A stretch of DNA of 64,000 nt from Mobula hypostoma (GCF_963921235.1 NC_086098.1:7130001-7194000), one strand, 5' to 3'. Numbered from the stretch's first letter, positions 10,264 through 23,875 are shown. Made by a program: numbers and translations. The notes: generated by a model not told the origin, from the letters alone.

Positions 10264-12480
10264 TGGACCTTATCTCCCCATGAGCAAAAGGGAACGGACC
10301 TGGGGGGGGGTGAAGATACCATCTGCTGCTCGTACTGTCAGTACTCAGCACTCTTCTAAATTTCTTTCTGAGACGGATCAGAGATTCAGGGGAAGGTGTG
10401 CAACGATGTTCCTCCAAGTCGCTGAAAGAACAACGAGGTCCTTTAACAGCAAGGGCGACTGGAACATGCGCATTATGAAGAAACTACTACCTGTAACGTT
10501 TAGGACTTTACACCGAAAAAAAGCATACAAAAAAAAACACAAAACTTCAAGAGTTCTAACCTCCTTTTTTGTCTACTGGGCTTTTAAAAAATGTACATAT
10601 CAATTTATGTAGACTATATTTGTCAAAGACACTCCTTATATTATGGTTTACCTATTAAATTGTTTTCAAGACTCGTGCTTGCTGAATGGTGTTCATTCAG
10701 CCATCTTCTTACTGACTTGCTATATTGGAAAGCTACCACTTGCGACCCCAGTTCTTAAATATTCATCCATTTATTGCTATCTACCACTTTATGATACCTA
10801 CGTGATGATACTGAAACTTATAGGCCATGTTAGACATTGTAATTTAAATTTAAAAGGCTTTCATTTTTGGAACTTGGTTTCTCAAGAATTCCATCCGTTT
10901 GCTGGTAGGAGTAAGTTCATTTACTGAGACTTTAGAAAAGACTTTTTCTAGTTTCTGAAACTTCTATTGACCTTTAAGATAATAGGCAGAAAGAAAACGT
11001 CAAAGTAAAGGGAGCTATTATGAAGAAAGTGTGAAGGTTCCATGAAACAGATCATTATTTTTTAAGTACAATATCAGCTTTTCAGACCTCCTAAAAATAG
11101 CATGGCACCTTAGCAAATAGAGTGATGACAGAAACATTAAAATATAAGATTAGGAGAGAAAAATAAAAACCTGCAATCAATGGTCAACTAAGTGATTAAA
11201 AAAAACTAACTAGTTCGACCCTGGTCCAAACAGAAATACAAAGTACAAAATGGAATGTGACAGGAAGGAGAATTGAGGTACCGTAGATCAGATATTAGAT
11301 GTATGTTTCAGACGAGCTGTGGGGATTGCAGAGCATGGCATAAATATGAGCCTGCCTGAAGGTTTGTAGATCCATTGAAGAATTTAGGCCATAGGACCGG
11401 AAGACATAGGAGTCAAGTTAGGCCATTTGGCCTGTCAAGTGTACTCCATCCTCTTGGAGATGGCTGAAGCAATCAAACTCTGATCAGAATCCCTTTTCTT
11501 AAGGGGAGTATGATTGAACTGCTTAAATCCTGAATGTTATCAAAGCAACCCAGTCACTTGGGATTTTGCTATTTCTACCCAACCACAGCAGAACTGATGG
11601 TTATCTGGTCTGCAGAGACTGTGAGAAGATTCCAAAGAGTGGAGCTGTTTGCTTTTGATCCTGTCATGAGAGATCCCACACATCAGATTAGAATTCCATT
11701 CCATTGTCTTGACTATGTGGGATGCGAATGATTCTATGTAAAAGTTGTAATTTATTTATAATGTCTTTGTTTTGTTACACAGGTCTGTCTGTAGTGAACT
11801 CAGTACTCACCGAAAATGCACTATATTTTTCTATTTCACTGACAGAGAATCACAGACAATTCATTTATTTTCAGTTGTACATAGTATTGACTAATATGAA
11901 TTTAAAAAATCACATTAGGACCAAAGAAGGTTGTAGTTTAGCAAACATCTAGGCAAAATATCTGAAGAGATGCCATTTTTTTCAGACTTTTTCCAGACCA
12001 TGTATAGTGTTTTTTTTATATAATTGCTTTCCCTATATCGTGTTTATATAGTCTATTATTTATTTCTGTTTGGTTTAGAGACAATGTCCCTGAAATAGCA
12101 GTGTCTTGCAGGAACACCATCAGAAGACCAAGGTGTGCCCAGAAAATGGCAAAGATAGATAAGCGATTTTACCTTTTTCCTTCAGAGTACTTGTGACTAC
12201 ACTGCTAAAGTCACAGTAAATATGGTGGCACTCCCTCAGAACTTCAAGAGACGAGTATAATTGCCAAATGTTTCCTTTTCTCACAAGAATACCATGAATT
12301 CTGTTGAGTTGAAATCAGTACAAATATTTCATTAGAAGTTTCGTGATTAATCTGATGGTCTTATTTTTCAATTGTTTGTAAAAGACTGTAAATATATTTT
12401 TTTGAAAACTATCACCATGATATCCAATGAGATTTATTTAAACTGACAAAAATGGACTTCCCTATTGAGTAATATGCATT
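10264..12480 (+). other. EPHA7: Putative long 3'UTR of the EphA gene
   Basis: About 2.2 kb of AT-rich, nearly TE-free sequence after the stop. Three TGTAHATA motifs (10592, 11876, 12387) and AATAAA at about 11162. The true 3' end cannot be determined. Confidence 0.6.
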
Positions 12481-12622
12481 CTGTTCAAAGAATCAAAGTA
12501 CATTTATTATCAAAGTATATATGCAGTAGACAACCCTGAGATTGGTCTTCCCACAGACAGTCACGAAACAAAGAACCATGGAACCAACCTGCTCAAGGAA
12601 GAACATCTAACCTGAAACACAA

Positions 12623-13455
12623 ACAAGGGAAGATCTGCAGTTGCTGGAAGTCAAAGTAATACACACAAAATGCTGGAGGAGTTCAGCAGGCCAGGAAACG
12701 TCTATGGAAGAGAGTAAACGGTCAATATTTTGGGCCGAAACCGTTCATCAGGACAGGGGAAAGAAAAAACAGATGAGAATTCAGAGTAAGTAACTGGGAG
12801 AGGAGAGGAAGGAGTACAAGGTAGTCGGTAATAGGTGAAACTGGGAGAAGGGGAGGGGTGAATTAAAGAGCTGGGAATTGATTGGTGAAAGGGCTGGAGA
12901 AGGGGGAATCTGATAGGACAGGACAGAAGACCATGGAAGAAAAGAAAGGGGCAGATAAGAGGATAAGGGGAGAGGGAAATGGAATGGGGAGGAGGTGGTG
13001 GGGATAGAATTACTGGATGTTTGAGAAATCGATGTTCATGTCATCAGGTTGGAGGTTACTCAAACTTCCGGTAATTGCCCCCCCCCACCATTCCTCATTT
13101 CCATTTCTCTCTCACCTTATCCCCTTACCTGTCCATCACCTCCCTCTTATGCTCCTCCCCCTTCCCTTTCTCCCATGGCTTCTGTCCTCTCCTATCAGAT
13201 TTCCCCTTCTCCAGCCCTTTATCTCTTTCACCAATCAACTTTCCAGCTCTTTACTTCTCCCCTCCCCTTTCCCGGTTTCACCAATCACTGACTACCTTGT
13301 ATTTCTTCCTTCACTACCCCAACCCCCCCACCACCTTCTTTCTCTGACCTCATCTCTTTCTTCGATTCCTGAAGGGTCTCAGCCCAACATATCATTGTTT
13401 AATCTTTTCTATAAATGCTGCCTGGCCTGCTGACTTCCTCCAGTATTTCGAGTGT
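12623..13455. mobile_element. Older Neptune-type PLE 3' end with inverted pLTR copy
   Basis: Minus-strand pLTR plus ORF tail (LQPDDMNIDFSN on -) at 12623-13060, followed by a plus-strand pLTR at 13075-13455. Homologous to 30411-30890. Confidence 0.75.
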
Positions 13456-14711
13456 ATTAAATACAAAACACTCCTCCCCCACGCACAAAAAAAATCATAC
13501 AAATGGCAACAAAAAATACCAAGTGAAAACACAGAATCAAACAGCATATGCCAGTGCAGTTCAGCTCAGTGTTTATTATCTGATTCAAAAATCGCCCAAA
13601 AGTAGTAACAAAGAAGAGCGACCAAACCCAAAACACACATAAACCTAATTTAGACTCCAAATCTATAGTCCGTGTCTCCCTTTGCCTAATCTCCCCCATT
13701 GAATAACTTACTGGTTTCTGTTCCCCTCCCACTTCAGTCCTAAAGGGTCTCGGCCCAAAACGTGGCCTGCTTATTCATTGCCATAGGTGCTGCCTGACCT
13801 GCTGAGTTTCTCCAGTATTTTGTGTGTCCAGGATCTGAAGAATCTCATTGTCTCTTGAGTTCCCTTTAATCTTCCTGAAATTCAAATTATTATACAGTCA
13901 CCATTGAATAAATTATCCAGCTGGGAAAAAAAGATGCGTAAGGCTTACATTTATAAATTACCTTTTGGAAACCTGGGAGAAAACAAAGCATTTACAGTCA
14001 CAGAGGTACTCATGGGAAGTGCATTCCTTGCTGCAGTGTGGGAAAATGGCAGATAATTGGGACACAAAAGGCTTTGACAAACAGCAACACACACAAAGTG
14101 CTGGAGGAGCTCAGCAGGCCAGGCGGCATCTGTGGTAATAAGTAAACAGTTGACATATCTGGCCAAGGCCCTCCATCAGGACTGGAAAAGAGAGCGGAAG
14201 GTGCAAGAATGGGGGGGGGGGTGGGGGAGAACAAGCTAGAAAGTGATAAGTGAAGCGAGGTGGGTGGGGGATAGGGATGAAGGAGAAAGCTGGGAGGTGA
14301 AAAGTGGGGAAGCAAAGGGCTGGAAAATGGGGAATCTAACAGGAGAGTGGGAGAAAGGGAAGGGGAGGAAGGGGAAGAAGAGGTCAAGAGGGGCAATGAA
14401 GAAGAGGGGAGAGGAAGGGGAAAAATGTCTTCAATACTGTAGTAGCAAAACTAATGCAAAACAATTGCGGCTACACTGCGACTGTCACGGGTCGTTATAC
14501 TTGTATGACACACCCTCAGCTCCAATGAAATGATTGTTCCAAGGAGTCAAGTTCCTTATTTTGACCCTTTATTAGCAATTGACAAACATATAATCTTGAA
14601 GCAATATAAAGTGTTACCTCAGCATAGATGCTGCCTGGCCTGCTGAGTTCCTCCTGCATTTTATGTGTGTTGCTTGGACATACGGCATCTGCAGATTTGC
14701 TGTTGTTTGAG

Positions 14712-15245
14712 AACAAGGCATGAACTGGGTGATGGGAGTCCTTAATGATGGAGGCATCGCTCCTTGAAAATGTCCTGGATACTAGGCTGGTGCCCACGAT
14801 GGAGCTGACTATGTTTACAACTCTCTGCAGCTTATTTCAATCCTGTACCCCAAACCAGGCAGTGATGCTGCCAGTTAGAAAGCTCTTCTTGATCCATCTG
14901 TAGAAATTTACCAGCACCTTTGCTGGCATACCAAACCTCCTCAAACTCCTAATGAAATATAGCTGCTGTCGCGTCGCCTTTGTGGCTGCATCGATCTGTT
15001 GCGTCCAGGATATATCCTCAGGGATATTAACACCCATGAACTTGAAATTGCTCATTCTTTTCATTTTGATTCCTCGATGAGGACTGCTGAATGTTGCCTC
15101 ATCATACTCTTTCTGAAGTCCACAATCAACTAGCTGATATAACTCATTCCTGTACGCCCTCTCGTCGCCATCTGAGATTCTGCCATCAATAGTTACGTTG
15201 TCAGCAAATTTATAGATGGCATTTGAGCAGTACCAAGCCACACTT
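14712..15245 (-). mobile_element. Rex1/Babar-type RT fragment
   Basis: IYKFADNVTIDGRISDGDERAYR..FKFMGVNI..QQLYFIRSLRRFG. Confidence 0.8.
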
Positions 15246-15597
15246 TGCAAATATTTTAAAAAATTCTAATAATACTGAGAAGCTGAATTTTGAGTCCTTG
15301 AAAATGAATTGTTACATTGTAGAATCAGTTCAGAGTTCTTGTGAGTGAAGTTATCAATGTTAGAAGAAGTTAGGTTTAAAGAGGAAAAATATTCATAATA
15401 TATAGGAGCAGAATTAGACCTTTTTGTCCTTAGAGTCTGCTCCACCATTTCATCATGGCTGATCCAGATTTTCCTCTCAGCCCCAATCTCCTGCCTTCTC
15501 CCAATATCCCTTCATGCCCTGACAAGTCAAGAAACTATCAACTTCTGCCTTAAATATACATAAAGACAGCCTCCACCGCTACCTGTGGCAATGAATT

Positions 15598-16410
15598 CAA
15601 AGGTTCAATTTAATATCAGAGCAATGTATGAAATATACATCCTGAAATGCTTTTTCTTCGCAAACATCCACGAAAACAAAAGTGCCCCAGAAATGAAGGA
15701 CAGTTACATGTGAGAACCCCAAAGTCCTCCCCCACAGCTCCTCCATCCCGTGTGTAAGCGGCAGTGAGCGAGCAACGATCCCCTCCCTCTCCCCAGCAAA
15801 AAAGCACACCCACTACCGAGCATAAGTGTGAGCTAGGCGATAGCAAAGACACAGACTTGCAGTTACCCCAAAGACTATCGCATTTCATCCGGCATTCGAC
15901 AAACCACAGGTTCCCTCTCTCCCTAGTAAGGGCGAAGGAGTTACCCCCCATTTTCACAGCGAGCAGGAGACATAACAACCCGCTGGTTTACAATGTTAAA
16001 AAGTCTGTTTTGTTCACTTTTTACAAGCTCTGTGCCTGAAGATCGCAAAGATCTCGGGTCTCTGGGCCCACAGCGAAAGATTTTCCAGCCTCCCTGATGA
16101 CACACAAGTCTCCTGCCATGACACCGATCCTCAATCCTCCCATCTCCAGAGCCCTGAGATCTTAAGCTTCCAAATACGAGTGAGACTCTCAGGCCAAACC
16201 CTTGGCATGCTGAACAACAACAACCGATCCTGAAACCCTGAGAATGGTCCTATTCCTGCAAAGAACCGAAGTCTGCGTGTAACTCCAGGTCAAGGTCTTC
16301 AAAAGTACCCTGAAAGAGAAAAATAAAGATTTTAAAGATGGAAATAGAGCTGTTTCTGAAGATGCAAGCAAAGGAGTTGCCATTTAGTGCCATCTTAACT
16401 CTGCCTCCAA
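15598..16410 (-). mobile_element. Non-autonomous non-LTR element (AAGATGGC 5' end, Rex1-like 3' end) nested in a CR1 3' end
   Basis: The host CR1 phrase AATGAATTC..CCACAGATTC is split at this point. The minus strand starts GGAGGCAGAGTTAAGATGGC and ends ATTAAATTGAACCTTTG. Confidence 0.55.
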
Positions 16411-17854
16411 TCCACAGATTCACCACACTCTCTGGCTAAAGAAATTCCTCCTCATCTTCGTTCTGATCTTAGGCTCGCCCACCATAGGAAACATCCTCTC
16501 CACATCCATCCTATCAAGGCCTTTCACCATGCGATAGGTTTCAATGAGATCCCCTCTCATTCTACTGAATTCCAGTGAATACAGGCCCAGAGCCATCACA
16601 CGCTCTTCATATGACAAGTCTTTCAATCCTGGAATCATTTTTGTGAACCTATTCATGTCATATATACAGGACAAGGAGATTATTCTCAAAGATGATGGAA
16701 TATAATGGAAATAAAAAGGAATCTGGTTCACAAAGGAGCTGGGGCAAGGGCTCAATGCCTTTCCCCACAAATATCAGGTGACAAGTAAGCTTGAATGAAG
16801 TGAAATTCAGTTGACCATCAGCAGATTTGATTCATGTTGAAGGAACATGAATGTTTGTTGCAGGCTCTGCAACAAAAGGCAAAAATACATCAAGATATAC
16901 AAAAAAAAAGAAAGAAATGCGAAAGGTCTCAGAAGTAGCTCAGCAGATTCACCTACAATAAATGACTTTGTGGTCTATTTCATTACGATATTGATTGTCT
17001 TTATGTAAGGAAATGGAAGTATACAGAAAGATAAAGGGGAAAAAAATCAATCTGTGAAACTGGACGCAGTTATTTCCTGGAAGTACAAATTAATTTCAAT
17101 TTGAATCCAGTACATGTTTTATTTATTGAATTTTAATAGGATTATAGTTTTGTAACTCTTGCTGTATTCCCTACTACTCAATAACAAAATAATAAGTCCC
17201 AAAGGCTGCTGCCTGTCAGAAAATGATGGCTTTATTCTAGAAAATATTCTGCAAGATTCAACTTGTGTGGGTGGAGTTTGGCACAGAAGCAAACAGCAGG
17301 CACCCCATTAGGGATGCTGTTTGTTCCAATACTCGTTCACTGCAGCACATAAGGGGAATATACGTGACACAATTCCATGTCTAAAAGTAATGCTGACAGG
17401 CAAATAACCCTCAACAAAAAAAAGGTTAAAAAAAAATCCATATTGACACAACCGGTACAAATGAGTGTCATCTTAAAACTGGGGCATTATTTGTGCTTTT
17501 GGAACCTTACTCTGAGGACGGTCGTCAGATCATGCGGCATGCAGTGATCTTTAATAACATGAGTCGATTCTATTTTAGCTCCTTGGCGTTTCATATTTAA
17601 AGATTTGCAAGAAAAATCTAGAGGAATCGTCTTAACGAATGTTTCAGAATTCAGAATTAGGTTTATTACCACTGACATACATTGTGAAATTTGTTGCTTT
17701 GTGGCAGCAGTGCAGTGCATTGCATAAAATATACTATACAAGAAGAGATATACAGAAAAAATTAAATCAGTAGTACAAAAAGAGCAGAAAAAAGGGTGGT
17801 AGTGTTCATGAGTTCATGGTCTATTCAGAAATCTGGTGGCAGAAGGGAAGAAGC

Positions 17855-18800
17855 AATACATTAGCAAATTTGCCGATGGCACAAAGCTGGGTGGCAGTGT
17901 GAAATGTGAGGAGGATGTTATGAGAATGCAGGGTGACTTGGACAGGTTGGGTGAGTGGGTGGATGCATGACAGATGCAGTTTAATGTGGATAAATGTGAG
18001 ATTATCCACTTTGGTGGTAAGAAAAGGAAGGCAGATTATTATCTAAATGGAGTCAAGTTAGGACAAGGGGAAGTACAACGAGATCTAGGTGTCCTTGTAC
18101 ATCAGTCACTGAAAGCAAGCATGCAAGTACAGCAGGCAGTGAAGAAAGCTAATGTCATGCTGGCCTTCGTAACAAGGGGAATTGAGTATAAGAGCAAAGA
18201 GGTCCTTCTGCAGCTGTACAGGGCCCTGGTGAGACCACACCTGGAGTACTGTGTGCAGTTTTGGTCTCCAAATTTGAGGAAGGACATTCTTGCTATTGAG
18301 GAAGTGCAGTGTAGGTTCACGAGGTTAATTCCCGGGATGGCGGGACTGTCATATGTCAAAAGATTGGAGCGACTGGGTTTGTGTACTCTAGAATTTAGAA
18401 GGCTGAGAGGGGATCTTATTGAAACATATAAGATTATTAAGGGATTAGATATGCTGGAGGCAGGAAGCATGTTCCCGCTGATGGGTGAGTCCAGAACCAG
18501 AGGCCACAGTTTAAGAATAAGGGGTAGGCTATTTAGAACGGAGTTGAGGAAAAACTTTTTCACCCAGAGAGTGGTGGATATATGGAATGCTCTGCCCCAG
18601 AAGGCTGTGGAGGCCAAATCTCTGGATGCTTTCAAGAAAGAGATGGATAGAGCTCTTAAAGATAGCGGAATTAAAGGTTATGGGGATAAGGCAGGAACTG
18701 GATACTGATTGTGGATGATCAGCCATGATCACAGTGAATGGCACTGCTGGCTCGAAGGGCCGAATGGCCTACTCCTGCATCTATTGTCTATTGTCTATTG
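17855..18800 (+). mobile_element. Young 5'-truncated CR1 LINE (RT C-terminus open, 244 aa)
   Basis: KFADGTKLGG..MQFNVDKC..LVRPHLEYCVQFWSP..KNFFTQRVV; (CTATTGT)n tail. Confidence 0.9.
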
Positions 18801-19420
18801 AAGCAGTTCCTAAAATATTGAATGCTTGTCTTCTGACTCCTGTACTTCCTCCGATGGTAATAATCAGAAGTGGACGTGGCTTTTTCTAATTCTGCACAGT
18901 GGCTCCTCCATCCCAGACAGTGATACAGGCAGTTAAAGTGCTCTACATGGTACGTCTGTGGAGATTCTCTAGTGTCTTTGGTGACATAAAAATATCCTCA
19001 AACTCCTCATGAAAAAAGGCCACTGTCCTCTTTGTAACTACATCAATATGTTGGGCCCAGTATAGATCTTCAGAGATGTTGACACCCAGGGACTTGAAAC
19101 CTCTCACGTTTCACTGCCGATTCCTCAATGAGGATAGGTGTGTGTTCCCTCAACTTCCCCTTTGTTATATTTTCTGAATCCAAAACAGAAAAAAATAATT
19201 GGAAGGAAAACCGCAAGAGTCCAGAATGTGAGTCTAACTTTTACTTTTAAGCGAGTTGCTCATGTATGACGTGGCAGCATAATGGTGAATAAAATTTATG
19301 TACCTTTTTTTATTGTTGGTTGTTGTGATGCATTTAGTGTGGTAGTGTATTGGGCCGTGCTTGTCACCCTCACTTTCAGCTTCCACCACTGGCCAGCAGC
19401 CTTGTGAAAAGGAGAGCTGA

Positions 19421-19523
19421 ATGTGTCTCGCCCTGTCTCTCCAACAGCAAGCCTCATGTAGCGCCTCCTCGCTGGTGACACACAGAAACTGAACTCCTTT
19501 CGGACTTGGGCTGAACTACAGAG
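19421..19523 (+). ncRNA. Candidate HDV-like ribozyme (degenerate) inside a short insertion (about 19311-19613)
   Basis: P1 ATGTGTC / GACACAC; P2 CTC.TGTAG / CTACA.GAG; P3 GCC / GGT; L3 TCCTCGCT; P4 ..TCC-TTTC-GGA..; J4/2 GCTGA. Confidence 0.6.
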
Positions 19524-20349
19524 GACGGGGAGGAGGTCTGGCCCTTGCACATGTAGCATACAGGCCCACCGGCGTGTGGACACGCCCTGGTGCTCATGAA
19601 CCAGATCCCCAGCTATAATTTTGCAGTGAATTACATTGATCATCATTAAAGTCAGGCTATAAGATTATTCAGACATAAGAGTAGGATTAGGCCATTCAGC
19701 CCATTAAGTCCGCTGTGCTATTTCATCATAGCTGATTTATTAGATTAGATTATGGGGACACTCAGTCCTCATTTATTGTCAATTAGAAATGCATGCATTA
19801 AAAAATGATACAATGTTCCTCCAGTATGATATCACAGAAACACAAGACAGACCAAGATTAAAACTGACAAAAAACACATAATTATAACATACAGTTACAA
19901 CAGTGCAAAGCAATACCATAATTTGATAAAGAGCAGACCATGGGCACGGTAAAAAAAAGTCTCAAAGTCCCGATAGCCCCAACAACTCATGCAGACGGTA
20001 GAAGGGAGAAACTCTCCCTGCCATGAGCTTCCAGTGCCGCAATCTTGCCGATGCAGCATCCTGGAAGCACCCGACCACAGTCCAATTTTGAGGCTCTGAC
20101 CAGCCCTTCGACACCGAGCACCGAGCACCATCTCTGCCGAGTGCTTCGACCCCGGCCCCGGCCGCCGAGCAGCAAGCAAAGCCAAGGACTCGGGGCCTTC
20201 TCCTCCGGAGATTTTGGATCGCACAGTAGCAGCAGCAGTGAAACAGGCATTCCAGAAGTTTCCCCCTCACCCCCATTCTGCTGCCTCCTCCCTGTGGCAT
20301 TTGACATCCTTAATGATAAGGAACTTATCAACCTCCACCTTGACTATAC

Positions 20350-21125
20350 AAATGAGGTGCTACGTTTTGGTAGGACTAATCAAAATAGGACATACATGGC
20401 AAATGGTAGGGCATTGAAGAATGCTGTAGAACAGAGAGATCTAGGAATAATGGTGCATAGTTCCCTGAAGGTGGAATAGGGAGGTGAAGAAAGCTTTTGG
20501 TATGCTGGCCTTTATTAATCAGAGCATTGAGTATAAGAGTTGGGATGTAATGTTGAAATTGTATAAAGCATTGGCAAGGCCAAATTTGGAGTATTGTATA
20601 CAGTTCTGGTCACCGAATTATAGGAAAGATGTCAATAAAATTGAGAGAGTACAGAGGAGGTTTACTAAAATGTTGCCTGGGTTTTATCTCCTAATTTACA
20701 GAGAAAGGTTGAATAGATTAGGTCTTTATTCTTTGGAGCGTAGAAGGTTGAGGGGGGACTTGATAGAGGTATTTAAAATTATGAGGGGGATTGATAGAGT
20801 TGACGTGGATAGGCTTTTTCCATTGAGAGTGGGGGAGATTCAAACAAGAGGCCATGAGTTGAGAGTTAAAGAGCAAAAATTTAGGGGTAACATGAGGGGG
20901 AACTTCTTTACTCAGAGAGTGGTGGCTGTGTGGAACGAGCTTCCAGCAGAAGTGGTTGAGGCAGGTTCGATGTTGTTTAAAGTTAAATTGGATAGATATA
21001 TGGACAGGAAAGGAATGGAGGTTTATGGGCTGAGTGCAGGTCGGTGGGACTAGGTGAGGGTAAGAGTTCGGCAAGGACTAGAAGGGTCGAGATGGCCTGT
21101 TTCCATGCTGTTATTGTTATATGGT
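20350..21125 (+). mobile_element. CR1 LINE 3' fragment
   Basis: 189-aa open RT C-terminus (LYKALARPNLEYCIQFWSP..GNFFTQRVVAVWN). Confidence 0.88.
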
Positions 21126-21289
21126 TATATAGTTATACCCAATGATGTGGACTGCACAGCAGCCATCTGTGGCATGAAGAAAATTTTTTTCATCTGCATT
21201 CTAAATGGATGTACCTGTATTCTGAGTATGTACCTTCAGGTTCTAAGCTGTGTGGCTTTATTTTTTGCACAGTATTTTTTAGACCAGTT

Positions 21290-21852
21290 CCTTAGGTTGT
21301 TATAGCCAGGTGTGGTAACAGGGACAAGATTCCAATTCCTATTAAATGCTCCCAATGGTGTGTGCCTCAAGTAGCTTCAGATAACCAAGTCCAGCTCCTG
21401 GCCTTCATGTGTGGCTTAGCTACTAACTCCAGTGGAACCATTTCCACTGACAGGAGAAGGGGAAAAGGCAGGTTGCTAACACCTTAAAACCAGCCACTTC
21501 AGGCAGATGGGGTTCATCAGCCGTAGTTGGCAACTCTTCCAGGAGAAGAAAAGTTCTGATCTCAAACCTCCGCTGCCTTGCAGCTGTACCCACTCATGAG
21601 GGAGGCTTCAGGAGTAAACCCCGAGGAAAAATTCCGGAACTGGAGTCCCTAAGGCAGTCCTACGTTGAGTTCAATGCTGACTGGCAACTCCTGTGACACT
21701 GCTGATACCAAACTGTATCAGGTCTCTGCCGTTCCTTTGGGTTCATCAGATGCGGGGAGAGGTTAAGCCTGCTAAATGGATAACTGACCTGGCCTGTGTA
21801 CCTGGACAGCTAGGATGCAATATCCATGGTCAGCTCTGATGGACAGAGGCCT
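21290..21852 (+). mobile_element. Non-autonomous RTE-5'UTR-like element (family B)
   Basis: Homologous to 6711-7292 (-) and 56575-56950. Confidence 0.6.
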
Positions 21853-22664
21853 TAAAGAAAAAGGCCAGTAAACTTATGCTTGAGCGTATTCTCTGGCATT
21901 TCATATTAAACGTGTCCTACTGCCTAATCTTGGCCCTGTGTCTGGCTGAGGTAAACTGGCAGAAGTAATCACATATGTATCTGTCTGACACTTTGTCAGA
22001 CCAGCCAGGAATTTGAAAGAAGGCTGCAGATGAGCAGTAAAAGGTGGCTGACAGTACATTAACTGACTTGTTCTGCACACGTTACAGAAATTACAAGAAG
22101 ACAAAGTAAATCAGGCAGCACCTGTGGAGAGGAATAAACTTTCGATGCATCGGGCTGAGACCCTTCATCATGCCACAGGTGATGCTGAGTTCCTCCAGCA
22201 TTTTGTGCATGTTGCTCTCGATTTCCAGTCCACTGAATCTCTCTTGTTTACCATTACACAAGATACCTGTCACCTTCCACCGACTTGCCAAGATTTGCCT
22301 GCTTTATGCTATGTCGATATCACTTGGCTCTGAACACGCCATCGACTTGTTTCTAATATGGAAAGGGATAGGGATGGAAAGAGTAAATTCTGGAGCTTTC
22401 CGATCCTGACATCAAAGCTGCATTTGACCAAGAGTTCAAGAGGCTTTATTAAACCTGAAATCAGTAGAAACAGTCAATAGACTTGCAGGTGAAGAGTCAC
22501 CTCCCCTGGAAGGACTGATTGGGCTGTTGATTAGTGGTGAGGGAGATGGTGTAGAGCATTTCTTTTTTAGGGCTTGGATCCCTACCAGTAACCAAGGATC
22601 TGTGGCCCCAGGCTAGGAACACCTGGTGTAACACTCATTCTGCTTGGAGGGAGATCACAGAGTC

Positions 22665-23875
22665 ATAGGGTCACAGAAAAGTACAGCACAGAAACAGGAC
22701 CTTTGGCCCATCTAGTCCATACCAAACCATTTAAACTGTCCACTCCCATTGACCTACACTGGGACCATAGCCCTGCATACCCCTACCATCCATGTACCTA
22801 TCCAAGCTTCTCTTAAATGTTGAACTCGAGTTCACATGCACCACTTGCGCTGGCAGCTCATTCTACTCTTTCACAACCTTCTGAGTGAAGAAGTTTCCCC
22901 TCATGTTCCCCTTAAACTTTTCACCTATCCTCCTTAATCCATGACTTCTAGTTGTGTCTCACCCAACTTCAGTGGAAAATGCCTGCTTACATTTACCCTA
23001 TCTATACCCCTCATAATTCTGTATACCTCTATCAAATCTCCTCTTAATCTCCGACATTCCAAGGAACAAAGTCCTTGGCAGGTCTTTCATATGAAGAAAG
23101 ACTGGATGAACTGGGCTTGTACTCGTTGGAATTTAGAAGATTGAGGGGGGATCTGATTGAAACGTATAAGATCCTAAAGGGATTGGACAGGCTAGATGCA
23201 GGAAGATTGTTCCCGATGTTGGGGAGGTCTAGAACGAGGGGTCACAGTTTGAGGATAGAGGGGAAGCCTTTTAGGACCGAGGTTAGGAAAAACTTCTTCA
23301 CACAGAGAGTGGTGAATCTGTGGAATTCTCTGCCACAGCAAACTGTTGAGGCCAGTTCATTAGCTATGTTTAAAAGGAAGTTAGATATGGCCCTTGTGGC
23401 TACAGGGGTCAGGGGGTATGGAGGGAAGGCTGGGTTCTGAGTTGGATGATCAGCCATGATCATAATAAATGGCGGTGCAGGCTCGAAGGGCCGAATGGCC
23501 TACTCCTGCACCTATTTTCTATGTTTCTATGTTTCTATGTTTCTAACCTGTTCAGTCTTTCCGTATAATTCAGGTCCTCAAGACCAGGCAACCTCCTTGT
23601 AAATTTTCTCTGTACTTTTTCAACCATTTTTATATCTTTCATGTAGTTAGGTGACCAAAACTGCACACAATTCTCCAAATTAGATCTCACCAACGTTTTA
23701 TACAACTTCAATATAACATAATCTGTACTTAATACTTTGATTTTTGAAGGCCAATATATCAAAAACTTCCTCTACAAACCTATCTACCTATGATGCCACT
23801 TTCAACAAATTATGGACCTGTTTTCCCAGATTCCTTTGTTCTTCCACACTGCTCAGTGCCCTTCAGTTCACTGTG
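22665..23875 (-). mobile_element. CR1 3' fragment with a nested opposite-strand CR1 (23075-23540, +)
   Basis: The host reads AAAGTCC|..|TAACCTGTTC across the insert. The insert encodes AGLSYEERLDELGLYSLEFRR and ends in (TTTCTATG)n. Confidence 0.85.

Noticed and set aside
10280..10927. 110-aa and 94-aa ORFs after the EphA stop
   Set aside because: No homology signal or coding-like composition; best explained as 3'UTR.
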